DNA of 64,000 nt from the sequence record OL741057.1, one strand, 5' to 3'. Below, one piece after another: positions 31,016 through 41,029 of this stretch (the stretch's first letter is position 1; the number at the start of each line of letters is the position of its first letter). The stretch is from Staphylococcus phage vB_Sau_P68. Both the position numbers and the translations under genes were made by a program. Under the pieces are notes generated by a model. The model was not told the origin of the DNA, did not search any database, and saw nothing but the letters and a program-made list of their open reading frames with translations.

Positions 31016-31028
31016 TTTCTAACCCTCC

Positions 31029-31937
31029 TTATAATCCTATCATATTATATCCAAAGTAGGCTCTTAAACCATCCAATAGTTCTTTTATATCAGAATCAAT
31101 TTGAATTATCTGAGCACTAGCTCCACCATACATAGCTGATTGAGTAGTTCCGATTGTTTCTGTAATACCGTCTACTTCTAATGTTTTATTAGCAATACCG
31201 GCACCAATGATTAAGTTACCCCATACTTGGTATATTTCTTTCAATGCATATTTTATAACTAGCTGTTCTAACTCAGGAGGCATCTCCCAAGGTTTATTTC
31301 TTCCTGCTTTTTTACGTGGAAGCATACCTGATACATATTCTAGTCGTATCATTTGAGGTGCAAATGTTGCTCCTGATGGTGGATATACACCTGCTAATTG
31401 AGGGTATCCATTGAATACAGCGTCATATGACATTGATTGTCCTGTTTGCATAAGTGCTGTAGGGAACAATTGAACATGACCGGCTAAATGCTCTACTTTC
31501 CACCAGTTAGCAGGGTATTTATATATAGGTCTACCATTAAATTGTAGCTGTAAGTTCTCTACCTGTAATATAGGTTTTCTGTAAGCATGTACAAACATAT
31601 AGCTATTAAACTCTGTCTCATGATAATCTCTCATCTCATGTTGAGTGTCAGGTAGTATAGAAATATCTAACGCTCTCTCAGCTTTACCTACTGCCCTTTC
31701 TAATATATGGTTATAAAACTCATCACCCATAGGCTGTCCTGTATCAGGGTTTTGTACTACAATACCGAACATATAAGCTTTAACTGCATCAGGTGACCAT
31801 CCATAATCAGCTAATGTTAAGTTATCTATCTCACTTACGTCTATATGTTTAGGGTTGCCATCAGGATGATAAGGATATTCATAGTTTAATGATTTTTCAT
31901 AAGGGTCTAAGTCCCCTCCAAACATTGAGTTAACCAT
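31029..31937 (-). CDS. structural protein (302 aa)
   Basis: ORF with RBS AAGGGTG. Lies downstream of MCP. Confidence 0.5.
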   Translation of the reverse strand: MVNSMFGGDLDPYEKSLNYEYPYHPDGNPKHIDVSEIDNLTLADYGWSPDAVKAYMFGIVVQNPDTGQPMGDEFYNHILERAVGKAERALDISILPDTQHEMRDYHETEFNSYMFVHAYRKPILQVENLQLQFNGRPIYKYPANWWKVEHLAGHVQLFPTALMQTGQSMSYDAVFNGYPQLAGVYPPSGATFAPQMIRLEYVSGMLPRKKAGRNKPWEMPPELEQLVIKYALKEIYQVWGNLIIGAGIANKTLEVDGITETIGTTQSAMYGGASAQIIQIDSDIKELLDGLRAYFGYNMIGL

Positions 31938-31949
31938 TTAATTCACCCT

Positions 31950-32246
31950 TTACTTATTTTCATCTTTTTTGGCTGTTGTTTTACGTGCTGTAGATTTTCT
32001 AGTAGTGCTTGTAGATTTTCTAGTAGAGGCTTTCTTTTCCTCTTCTTTAGGTTCTTCTTCTTTACTAGTAGAAGCTGATTGTTTTCTAGTGGTTTTCTTT
32101 TCTTCTTCAAATTCAAAACCTGGAACATTTGCAAACTCTTTTTCTTGTTCCTTAGTTAATCCTTTAACCACTCCGTCTTTATCAATCTCGACTGTACCAT
32201 AAACAGTAGCCATTTTTTTGTCTATTAATTTCTTATAGTATAACAT
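31950..32246 (-). CDS. small protein with basic low-complexity C-terminal tail (98 aa)
   Basis: ORF with RBS GAAGGGA. The alternative-frame ORF at 31943-32134 is judged spurious. Confidence 0.45.
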   Translation of the reverse strand: MLYYKKLIDKKMATVYGTVEIDKDGVVKGLTKEQEKEFANVPGFEFEEEKKTTRKQSASTSKEEEPKEEEKKASTRKSTSTTRKSTARKTTAKKDENK

Positions 32247-32270
32247 AGTTATTAAGTCCCTTCAAGTTTA

Positions 32271-32308
32271 TTTTAATAAAAAAGGGATAAACCCTAAGTT
32301 TATCCCTA
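32271..32308 (-). terminator. strong rho-independent terminator after the major capsid gene
   Basis: Minus-strand hairpin AGGGAUAAAC-UUAGG-GUUUAUCCCU followed by UUUUUUAUUAAAAU. Confidence 0.7.
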
Positions 32309-32337
32309 TTCTCTTGTATTCAGTTTTTCTTATTCTA

Positions 32338-33729
32338 TTAAACTGCGATATAACGAACGTTTTTAATACGAGCCCATTTTTTAGGAGCACGTAATGCTAA
32401 TGCACCATACCATAATACTGCAAATGTAATAGAAGCATTAATTTGAGCTAATGGTAATTTCATCATTGGAAGTAATTCGAATAAGTGAACTACTTGTGGT
32501 GACATTTCACCAACGAATACGTCTGCTGTTTCAGGTAATGTTTCGTTCTTATCTACGAATACGATTGAACCGTCTTCTTGTGCATCTTTAACTGGTACAC
32601 GTTTGATTAAGAAATATTGTTCAGTTTTCTTACCTTGACGGTAAATAGAAACGAATTGTGGTTGTTGTTGGTACATAGCGTTAACATTAATTGTTAATTT
32701 AACACCATCGTCAACGTTAGATACTGTAGCTGTTACTTCTTCAGAAGGAGCTGATTGAGCGTCATCTGAATTAACTACTACTTTATATGATAATCCTGCA
32801 CGGTCTTCTTCATCTTCAAAAGCACCTTTTTGCTTAGTTTCAACTGTAGCTGAAACTTTAGCCGGTTGTGGAGCATTTGGTAATGGTTGTAATGTTTCAT
32901 CTAAGATTAATTCATTTTCCATTACTGTAGAACCATGTAATTTAATGAATCCACGAGATGAGTAGAAACCATTTACACTGTAACCAGTGTTAACGTTACC
33001 GCTGTTGTCTTGCATTAATTGCATTTGACGACCTAAGATTGAGTTAACGAAGTCTGCATGTACACCGATAGGCATATAAGCATCTGTAGCTGTACCGAAG
33101 CCTTTACCGATACGTACCGCCGCCTCATTTAAGTGGCGTTCTGTTAATTGTTCACCTTTAGCGTTAATTACGTTATTTTTGTCAATTAATTTAGCTAAAC
33201 CATCAAACTCTAAACCTTCACCTTCAACTTCAGAAGTTAATGAAGCGTCACCGTAGAATGAAGCCCACTCAATTGTTTTTGCAACAACTGCGATAGCATC
33301 TTCTGTAAGGATTTGTGATGGGTCAGCAATGTTATTTACTAAACCTGATGCAATTGACATGTTTTTAGTATCAGAAACGTATTTCATTGATACGGTTTTT
33401 TGACGGATATTTGGGTCAGATACTGGTGCTACTCCGATTTCTTTAACGAAACGAGAGTGACCTACGTTACCATGACGTAAATATTGGTCGTATTTTACTA
33501 CTGTAGATTGAGCAGGACGGCGTGAAATATCACGGTAGAAGATTAAATCTTCATTAGTCCATGTTAACATTGTGATTTGGTCATCTAAAATTTCTCTACG
33601 TAAAGCTCCTGCGTCAATTTGTGTATCAGGAGTGATTCCATAACCAGTTTGGAATGACTTTACTACGTCTTCTTGGAATTGGTCAGCGTACTTTTGTTGA
33701 ACGTCTGACAGGTTCTTTTCGATAGTCAT
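32338..33729 (-). CDS. major capsid protein (463 aa)
   Basis: Size (463 aa) and position downstream of protease and scaffold. Strong RBS, and a terminator follows. Confidence 0.9.
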   Translation of the reverse strand: MTIEKNLSDVQQKYADQFQEDVVKSFQTGYGITPDTQIDAGALRREILDDQITMLTWTNEDLIFYRDISRRPAQSTVVKYDQYLRHGNVGHSRFVKEIGVAPVSDPNIRQKTVSMKYVSDTKNMSIASGLVNNIADPSQILTEDAIAVVAKTIEWASFYGDASLTSEVEGEGLEFDGLAKLIDKNNVINAKGEQLTERHLNEAAVRIGKGFGTATDAYMPIGVHADFVNSILGRQMQLMQDNSGNVNTGYSVNGFYSSRGFIKLHGSTVMENELILDETLQPLPNAPQPAKVSATVETKQKGAFEDEEDRAGLSYKVVVNSDDAQSAPSEEVTATVSNVDDGVKLTINVNAMYQQQPQFVSIYRQGKKTEQYFLIKRVPVKDAQEDGSIVFVDKNETLPETADVFVGEMSPQVVHLFELLPMMKLPLAQINASITFAVLWYGALALRAPKKWARIKNVRYIAV

Positions 33730-33845
33730 ATAAATTTATCACCTTTCATTTGTGTTCTTTTTTATTTTATGTAGGGTACAGTAAAATGTACCCTATTTAT
33801 ATTCTTTATTTACACCGTATAATATAACACAACTTTGTGCGTTAA

Positions 33846-34805
33846 TTAAATTTGTGCAAAGTCTTTTACAGTTTTAATATCTTTCTCTGATGCATTAGTA
33901 GGGTCAGTGTTGATGTTCAAGTAAGATTGATAAGCTGATTGTAAATCATGCTTAGATGCTCTAGGGTCTTTAGCTTGTGCTTTATAAGAATCCATGAACT
34001 TAGTTCTTTCTTCTTGACTTAAACCTTTGAATGTGCTATCTTCTTGTACTGCTTCAGCTTCTTCTGTTTTTGCTTCTCCAGTTTCAGCTTGTTCTTCAGC
34101 ATCTACTGACTTAGCAACATAACCTTCTACTTTTTCTTGCTCTCCATTTGTAGATGTAACTGATTTTTCTACAGCTCCATCTTCATCTTTAGCTTCATCA
34201 GTGTCTAATGATTTAGAAACATCTTCAGAACTAATATTAGAGATTTTTTCTGATAACTCATCAATTGATTTGCTTACTTCATTTAAATCTTCTTTAGTAG
34301 CAAAGTTTTCTTTTTCCTTGTTTAAGTTTTCAAAAGATGTTAAGATAGATTTAAATACTGTTGTGATATCTTCATCAGAAATTGATTTAGAAGTTTTTTC
34401 CTTCTTATCTTCTTTCTTATCTTTAGTATCTTCCTCATCTTTATCTTCATCAGAATCTTTATCATCTTTTTTATTCTTACGTTTCTTGTTGTCTTTATCT
34501 TCTGTTTTAGTATCTTTATGGTCTACAGGGTCATTAGATTCTTTAGCTGATTTCTCAACCTCTTCATCTTCTTTACCTTCAGACTCTTTTGCAGGTTCAA
34601 CTTTTTCACCTTGCTCTTGTGCTTCTTTAGCATCTTCTTCAGTAACCTTTTCAGGTTCTTTAGCAGGCTCTTCAGTTGTTTCTGCTACTTGTTCTTCGGT
34701 AGCTTCTACTGTATTCTTTTCATCTTCATCTACAGATTTCGAAACTGCCTCTTGAGCATTTAACTTGTCATACTCTTCTAAAATATTTTGCATTTCTTTA
34801 CTCAT
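33846..34805 (-). CDS. putative scaffolding protein (319 aa, highly acidic, coiled-coil)
   Basis: Highly acidic, low-complexity, coiled-coil ORF between the prohead protease and MCP. Confidence 0.55.
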   Translation of the reverse strand: MSKEMQNILEEYDKLNAQEAVSKSVDEDEKNTVEATEEQVAETTEEPAKEPEKVTEEDAKEAQEQGEKVEPAKESEGKEDEEVEKSAKESNDPVDHKDTKTEDKDNKKRKNKKDDKDSDEDKDEEDTKDKKEDKKEKTSKSISDEDITTVFKSILTSFENLNKEKENFATKEDLNEVSKSIDELSEKISNISSEDVSKSLDTDEAKDEDGAVEKSVTSTNGEQEKVEGYVAKSVDAEEQAETGEAKTEEAEAVQEDSTFKGLSQEERTKFMDSYKAQAKDPRASKHDLQSAYQSYLNINTDPTNASEKDIKTVKDFAQI

Positions 34806-34823
34806 AGAATGTATTCTCCTTAC

Positions 34824-35606
34824 CTATTCTAGTTTTTGTTTGTTTATATCCATTACTGCTAGTTCTGCATCTTTACGAGATAAACCTTTAGCTAGTTGTA
34901 ATGTAAGGACTGATTCCTCATATCCCATACTATTAGATTTACTCAAATCCTCAACAACGCCATTCCATACATCATTAAATTCTTTTAAATCTTTAATCTT
35001 AGTAACATATGCTAAGTTTGTAATGCTAGATGCTATCTCTTCTTTTCTTAAAGCCCCTGCATCTTCTTGGGTGTCAGGTGAAGTACCATGACCTGTTAAG
35101 AAAGATTTAATTACTGTATCTATTGTTGCTGTAGTATTCATAGGGTTAGGAGTCAAAGCTAATCCTGTAATAAGGATAGATTCTATAACTCTATTATCAT
35201 TTCTATTTCTAGCTCTCACAGAACCTTCTATAGACATTCCTACTTTTCTACCACTGTTAGATTTCTCTAAATTATCTGCAAGCTCCATATATTTCTGAAC
35301 ATTTTCATTATCTCTAAAAAGCTCAGCCTCTACATAAAGACCTTCAGGAGTAACACTACAATTCTTAGTCGGGTATCCAATAATTTTATTCTTATCATGG
35401 TTATCATTTATGTAACCATGGTCAACAAAATAACTAATATCTATACCCTTAGGGTCTACTATGTCATTACCTAAGTCTAAAGAACCAGTGGATGCCATCC
35501 CTTTAATTATAATATTGCTTTTATTTTCTGCAGTAGTGGATTTCTCTACATCTACATTCATAAAAGCTTTAAATTGCATTTCTTCCAAAGGTGGTTGCAC
35601 CTCCAT
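34824..35606 (-). CDS. prohead protease (260 aa)
   Basis: Position between the portal and scaffold/MCP. Size is typical of HK97-family prohead proteases. Confidence 0.7.
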   Translation of the reverse strand: MEVQPPLEEMQFKAFMNVDVEKSTTAENKSNIIIKGMASTGSLDLGNDIVDPKGIDISYFVDHGYINDNHDKNKIIGYPTKNCSVTPEGLYVEAELFRDNENVQKYMELADNLEKSNSGRKVGMSIEGSVRARNRNDNRVIESILITGLALTPNPMNTTATIDTVIKSFLTGHGTSPDTQEDAGALRKEEIASSITNLAYVTKIKDLKEFNDVWNGVVEDLSKSNSMGYEESVLTLQLAKGLSRKDAELAVMDINKQKLE

Positions 35607-35781
35607 TTGTTATTTTATTTACTTTTACGTTAATAATATAACAATAATAACTTGTAAGTGAAATATTAATATTTTTTATGTATTAATATCAATTACATAT
35701 AGTATACCATAGTTATTACCTTTATCAAAATTAAATTAACAAAAAAATAAATAAAGCCTAGATTTATTCTAGGCTTATTAA

Positions 35782-37473
35782 TTAATGTTTGAAGTCAGAA
35801 GATTTTTCTCCTTTTCTTCCTTGCCCTTTATTAGATGTTTGCGTACGATATACATTATCGTCACCTTTTATCTGAGCATCTGTTCCTATTTCTTTATCAT
35901 CACTACTAGAATCTGCTGATTGACTCTCTTCTGAATCATCATTATCTCCTTCTAGTAAACTCATCATCATTTGTAAACGTTCTTTTTGTTTACCATCATC
36001 ATATTGTTTTTCTTGTTGTAATTGAGCTGTTCCTTGTAAGAATGAAGCATCTAAAATAATGTCTCCGCCTTCGATAGGTTTCTTACCTTGCTCTTCTCTA
36101 GCCTCGTTTACTGTTTTGAATATTTGAGTTTCAAGTTTAAGGATATTAAGCTTATCTGTAGCACTCTTAGTATCTCCACCAACAAATTGGAAAGTATATT
36201 TATCTCCATATTCAGATATTATATGTCTATTAACTAAATCTTCGATAAATCTAAGTAAAGGTTGTAACCCTTTATTTTGAGATTGTTGTTGTTTTTTACC
36301 TGGGTCAGCCTCATTTAAAGTAGAGCCACCTTTAGAACCTGTAGCTCCCCCTCTATTAGGGAAACCAATTTCCGCAGGGTCAATACCATACAAAGCAGAT
36401 ATAATATTAATAAGGTAGTTTAACCATTTCTCAAATTGCATATCATTAGCAGTAGGTGTCATATTAACAAATTTAATATCATCTGCCATTACCACCGGAA
36501 TTTGCCATGAACCATTGATACCTGATAAACTTGATTTCCATTCACGCTTAAAATTCTCTAATGCATGTTGTGATTGCTGTTGGTCTGAACGTATTTGTAA
36601 AATACCTCTAGTAGTACCACCGTGTGAGAAAAATCTATCATTAAATGATTCAGTATTATTATAGGCAATAAATTCTTTCATAGCTATCTCTACTTCTGAT
36701 AATCCGTATCCGGAAGAAGATAATTCAGTTCTAGGGTTTCTTATACCCATAGCTAATTCTCTAGACGTAAAACTAGCTACTACTCTTTTATCTACTACTT
36801 GAACAAACCTCTTACCACCCTTAATAATTTTACCTTTTTTATCTGTTGCATAAAAAATAGTAGAAGGGTCTACTGCTATGAATTTTTCTAATCTAGTTTT
36901 ATTGTTCTTATTAAATACTTTTTCAAAGTTAACCTGGTCATATATATAAGTATCTCTAACAATTTTCTTACAGAAAGTTTGAAACGAATCTCTATCTACA
37001 TCCTTATCTTTACCGGTATTAACAATAAAGTCTTCTATACGTTTCATTTCTTCTTTTTCTTTTCTACCCGGTTCTGCATCTAGGTCTCTTAATCTTACCT
37101 CAAAACCCAAACCTTTCTCTGAATATCTTGCAGGCTGACAGTACATAGCTACTTGATTTGAACGTGTAAGTATGATAGCATTAAGAATAGGGTTGTTACC
37201 AAACTTTTTCAAAACATCATGTAAATTATGTTCATTCTTCATGTAACTTCTCTTATCTCTAAACTCAGGATTAGTATCCATCATTTCTATAAATGGCTCT
37301 GCATAAGCCTGTTGTTGTCCGTATAAAGACTTAGTTAAGTCTTGATATTCTTTATTGTCTTGCTCTATTTTTTTAATGTTAGCTTGTAATCCTTCATCAA
37401 TAGGAACCTGAGCAATGGTACTGTTATTACCGTAACCCTTACCTAATCTGAATTGCTTAAATAAATCTGCCAA
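35782..37473 (-). CDS. portal protein (563 aa)
   Basis: Size and position downstream of the terminase. Acidic C-terminal tail typical of portals. Confidence 0.85.
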   Translation of the reverse strand: MADLFKQFRLGKGYGNNSTIAQVPIDEGLQANIKKIEQDNKEYQDLTKSLYGQQQAYAEPFIEMMDTNPEFRDKRSYMKNEHNLHDVLKKFGNNPILNAIILTRSNQVAMYCQPARYSEKGLGFEVRLRDLDAEPGRKEKEEMKRIEDFIVNTGKDKDVDRDSFQTFCKKIVRDTYIYDQVNFEKVFNKNNKTRLEKFIAVDPSTIFYATDKKGKIIKGGKRFVQVVDKRVVASFTSRELAMGIRNPRTELSSSGYGLSEVEIAMKEFIAYNNTESFNDRFFSHGGTTRGILQIRSDQQQSQHALENFKREWKSSLSGINGSWQIPVVMADDIKFVNMTPTANDMQFEKWLNYLINIISALYGIDPAEIGFPNRGGATGSKGGSTLNEADPGKKQQQSQNKGLQPLLRFIEDLVNRHIISEYGDKYTFQFVGGDTKSATDKLNILKLETQIFKTVNEAREEQGKKPIEGGDIILDASFLQGTAQLQQEKQYDDGKQKERLQMMMSLLEGDNDDSEESQSADSSSDDKEIGTDAQIKGDDNVYRTQTSNKGQGRKGEKSSDFKH

Positions 37474-37476
37474 TTA

Positions 37477-37857
37477 CTAGTCACCTCTACTCCCTCTTAC
37501 TGTAGTTAATACCACAGTGTTATTATAAGTTACATCTCTAATATGCTGAGGGATATTTATTTTAACCTCAAACGGTTCTTCGATGTAATAAAACATCTTT
37601 TTACTTTCCATAACAATATCATAATCTTCTAATAGTATATTATTATCTTTATCTACTAATATTACTTTATTGTCTTTTGTTGCTTCTAGAATCATATATT
37701 TTACTTTGTTTAAAGCAATAAAAACAGCTACGTGTTTTCCACCTATCTGTCTATAATAATCTACAATCTCTATCCAATTATCTTGCATACCTTGACCTTT
37801 GATGAAATCTTTTGCTTCATCCCATTTTTTATCTTTAGAGAATATCAACCTATTCAC
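37477..37857 (-). CDS. hypothetical protein (126 aa)
   Basis: ORF translationally coupled to the neighbouring gene. Confidence 0.5.
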   Translation of the reverse strand: MNRLIFSKDKKWDEAKDFIKGQGMQDNWIEIVDYYRQIGGKHVAVFIALNKVKYMILEATKDNKVILVDKDNNILLEDYDIVMESKKMFYYIEEPFEVKINIPQHIRDVTYNNTVVLTTVRGSRGD

Positions 37858-38234
37858 CGTCTTTTTTTATTTTTAAAGTTACTCTTTTTAATAATTTTCA
37901 TCATCTTGTACCATATTCCTCCAAGTATCGAACCTATAAAACTTATAGTAAATATAATTATAGGGTCATTAAATCCAATATAATGTTCAGTATTTTCTAT
38001 GGAATCTATTACATCATTTTTAATAAGTACAGATGTTGTCTGAAACATAGTTAAAACTATGTATGTGCCTATACCTATTATAGCATAAATTACATACAAA
38101 ACAAAAACGTTTTTACTGGAGAACTTACTGTGAACAAAAATCATTAAAGTTAAAAGACTTAAACAGGTAAATACTACTGATAGTGACGTTATAACATTCA
38201 TTCCTACCAAAGTTTTCACCACCGTAATGTTCAA
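37854..38234 (-). CDS. membrane protein (126 aa, 3-4 TM)
   Basis: Hydrophobic ORF. Confidence 0.5.
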   Translation of the reverse strand: MNITVVKTLVGMNVITSLSVVFTCLSLLTLMIFVHSKFSSKNVFVLYVIYAIIGIGTYIVLTMFQTTSVLIKNDVIDSIENTEHYIGFNDPIIIFTISFIGSILGGIWYKMMKIIKKSNFKNKKRR

Positions 38235-38282
38235 TTTTTTTATATTTATCTCTTATTTAATATAGCAAAAAAAGAGGAGTAA

Positions 38283-39530
38283 TTACTCCTCTTCAATTTT
38301 ATCTTCGTTATCTGTAGTATTATCGTCCGGTTGTTCTTCCGGTTGTTCTGTAGTCTGCTCATCCTCTGATGTACCTTCATTTGTATCCTCTTCGTCCGCT
38401 TTATCGTCCGGCTCAGATGGTGTTTCAGGTTCAGATGGTTCAGTTTCCTCTGCCTCATTTTCATCAGGGTTATCTGTTGGTTCTGATGGTTCAGGAGTTA
38501 CTTCCTCTTCATTTCCCTCATCAGGTTTTTCGTTAGGTTTCTCAGTCTCAGGCTCAGAAGGAGTAGGTTCAGGTTCAGGTTCAGGAGTTACTTCTTCTTC
38601 ATTGTCTCCTGTATCTCCATTATCTGAAGGTTCTTCCGTTGGGGGAGGTTCAACACTACCTCCACCACCTGAACCTCTACCACCGTCTTCATCTGTATAT
38701 CCTGGAGGTGGTGGATTTGGATTATCTATATTTCCTGTGTTATTGTCTTCGGTATTTCCAGGTAATATAGGAACTGAAGGATTATCAGTAGGAGGTAATA
38801 TATCTGAAGGTGTGTCAGGCTCAACGGGGTTTGTTATACTAGGATTATCCGTTGGTACACTCTCAACTACCGGATTATCAGTAGGAGGTAATATATCTGA
38901 AGGTGTAGTCGGGTTAACTGGGTTTGTTATAACAGGGTTATCCGTTGGTACACTATCTGCTGTGTTTGGATAGACATTACTATCAATAATACCTAAACTA
39001 TCTGTACTAGGTGAATCTGGTACTAAGTAAGGAGAACCTAATACACTAGTAATAATAGAACCTACTGTTTGTTTTTCATAACCACTGTTTGTAGGAACAG
39101 TTATCGTACCAACCCCATCTTCACTAATAAGTATTTCAGGCTTGCCTACTTTATCACTAAACTCAATATTATTTTTTACTAATATTAAATCATCGTCACC
39201 GTTTACATCATATATTTTATCTCTAGTTTTTTTATCTTCCTTTTGTCTTTCTTTTTTTGACTTCTCATTATAACCCTTATAATTTGTTTCTTTTTTAACT
39301 TTCCTCAGCTCTTCTTCAGCTTCATTTAATCTTTTTACATATTTCTTTTTAGTCTCTCCATCACTATCATCTGCTTTTTGATAAATCTCAACTATTCTCT
39401 GATATCTATCTTTATCTTCCTTAGCATCTTGATATTTATTAAAAAATATGGTAGTGATGACTACAAATATTGCGACCATAACCGTAATTATGGTTATGAT
39501 TATCTCATTACCTTGTGGTTTCTTTTTCAA
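38283..39530 (-). CDS. membrane-anchored protein with tandem Pro-rich (PTDNP) repeats and a poly-acidic C-terminal tail (415 aa)
   Basis: N-terminal TM segment, coiled-coil region, internal ~30-aa tandem repeat (SVPTDNPVITNPVNPTTPSDILPPTDNP x2), then a long E/D/P/T-rich tail. Confidence 0.6.
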   Translation of the reverse strand: MKKKPQGNEIIITIITVMVAIFVVITTIFFNKYQDAKEDKDRYQRIVEIYQKADDSDGETKKKYVKRLNEAEEELRKVKKETNYKGYNEKSKKERQKEDKKTRDKIYDVNGDDDLILVKNNIEFSDKVGKPEILISEDGVGTITVPTNSGYEKQTVGSIITSVLGSPYLVPDSPSTDSLGIIDSNVYPNTADSVPTDNPVITNPVNPTTPSDILPPTDNPVVESVPTDNPSITNPVEPDTPSDILPPTDNPSVPILPGNTEDNNTGNIDNPNPPPPGYTDEDGGRGSGGGGSVEPPPTEEPSDNGDTGDNEEEVTPEPEPEPTPSEPETEKPNEKPDEGNEEEVTPEPSEPTDNPDENEAEETEPSEPETPSEPDDKADEEDTNEGTSEDEQTTEQPEEQPDDNTTDNEDKIEEE

Positions 39531-39571
39531 TTATGATACCTCTTTTTATATAGTCTCACAATTCTTCCTTT

Positions 39572-40051
39572 TTATAAGTTATTAAGCTTTTCTTCTTCTT
39601 CTTTTCTAATTTGTTCTTTTTCTTCAAAGTCTTTTCTAAGCATAAAAGAAATACTTCCTTGGAACTCATTACCTGAAAGAATGTTACTTAGTGCTGTATC
39701 TATAATAGCTACATCACCTAGCTCAATTGCTTTACCTAATTCTACATCTTTTCTGAATTGCTTGTTAGCTTCAAAAATATCAATGCGTTTTGAAAAAGCA
39801 AGTTTATACATCTTATCATGTAAATCTCCTGTTAATGGGTCATTTAATCTACTTTGAAAGACCATTAGAGAACCATCTAGTCGTTGCGTTTCATCCATAG
39901 GGTCTTGTCTAAATACGTTATAAGACTTGTATAATCTATTTACCATTTCACATAATAAGCTACTAAATTCTTTAATACTATCTTCTTTCTCTTCTTTACT
40001 AAGTGGAGTTATTGATTCTTCTAACGTTAAATTATTTTCTTCTAAAGTCAT
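39572..40051 (-). CDS. hypothetical protein (159 aa)
   Basis: ORF with RBS. Confidence 0.5.
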   Translation of the reverse strand: MTLEENNLTLEESITPLSKEEKEDSIKEFSSLLCEMVNRLYKSYNVFRQDPMDETQRLDGSLMVFQSRLNDPLTGDLHDKMYKLAFSKRIDIFEANKQFRKDVELGKAIELGDVAIIDTALSNILSGNEFQGSISFMLRKDFEEKEQIRKEEEEKLNNL

Positions 40052-40207
40052 TTATTTCTTCCTTCCTTTTTTATCTTACCTTTAATATCTTCCTGTAATA
40101 TCTGTAGTAATTCAGTTGTATTATCTACTCTGTTCATATTTGTGTTAATACAAACTAATTTTATTATAATATATAGTATGAAAACAATAGAATAGATGAT
40201 TATAGTG

Positions 40208-41029
40208 CTAAATAAAATCACTATAATCACCTAAGAATTGTTTTACATCTTTTTTTCTTAAGATGTATCCATCTTTATTAGGTTTAAATCCTAAAGTTTT
40301 TAAATACTCTATAGCTTCAGGTAACTCTATATTATATACAACTGCATTTTTATTTTCTTTAATACTTAAACGGAGTAATTCCATAATAGCCCTAGCTCCT
40401 ACACCATCTGAATCAGGTGAACTTGCATAAGAATCTAATATTATATCATTTTCAGTTCTTTTAAAAGATGTAATTCCTAATGTATCTCCATCATCATCAA
40501 CAAACTCTTTGTACAATGATGAGTTTGTGCTAACATGTGATACATCGACACCTTTTTTACTTAAACTAGATAATGAATTTGCTACCTTTTTAGGGTTTAC
40601 CTTTCCTTCTTCACCATTCGAAATAGCTCTTGCTCCTACTGCACTTCTACTAACTTCTTCTTTTCCTTCTTGTTTTTCATTACTATCATTATCTTTATTA
40701 CCATCTTCGTAAACTGTCATTTGCATTTCTTTACCATTACGAATAACAGTACGTTTAACCTTATTTAGTCCACTAAGATTTTTATCTCCACCTTTGTGGA
40801 CTATTTCCGGTTCTCTATTAGCATATAAAAAACAATCAAAGAAATTATCGAATCCTAGAGATTTATAAACATGTTCGTATTTAACATCTAAGGAATCACT
40901 ATTTTTAGAAACATAGTCTAAAGATAATTCCTCACCCAATAACAAATTCAATACACTTTTATTAATTTCTTCATTACTAATTGTATCATAAAATAATTTA
41001 TTTGTCAAGTCTATTTCACCTCTATTCAT
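40208..41029 (-). CDS. hypothetical protein (~273 aa from MNRGEIDL)
   Basis: The ORF at 40208-41077 is trimmed to the internal Met just downstream of the TerL stop codon. Confidence 0.45.
   Translation of the reverse strand: MNRGEIDLTNKLFYDTISNEEINKSVLNLLLGEELSLDYVSKNSDSLDVKYEHVYKSLGFDNFFDCFLYANREPEIVHKGGDKNLSGLNKVKRTVIRNGKEMQMTVYEDGNKDNDSNEKQEGKEEVSRSAVGARAISNGEEGKVNPKKVANSLSSLSKKGVDVSHVSTNSSLYKEFVDDDGDTLGITSFKRTENDIILDSYASSPDSDGVGARAIMELLRLSIKENKNAVVYNIELPEAIEYLKTLGFKPNKDGYILRKKDVKQFLGDYSDFI

Noticed and set aside
31943-32134. Alternative-frame ORF (63 aa, K-rich) overlapping the 98-aa gene
   Set aside because: Same locus, different frame, no RBS. The 98-aa frame has a proper RBS.
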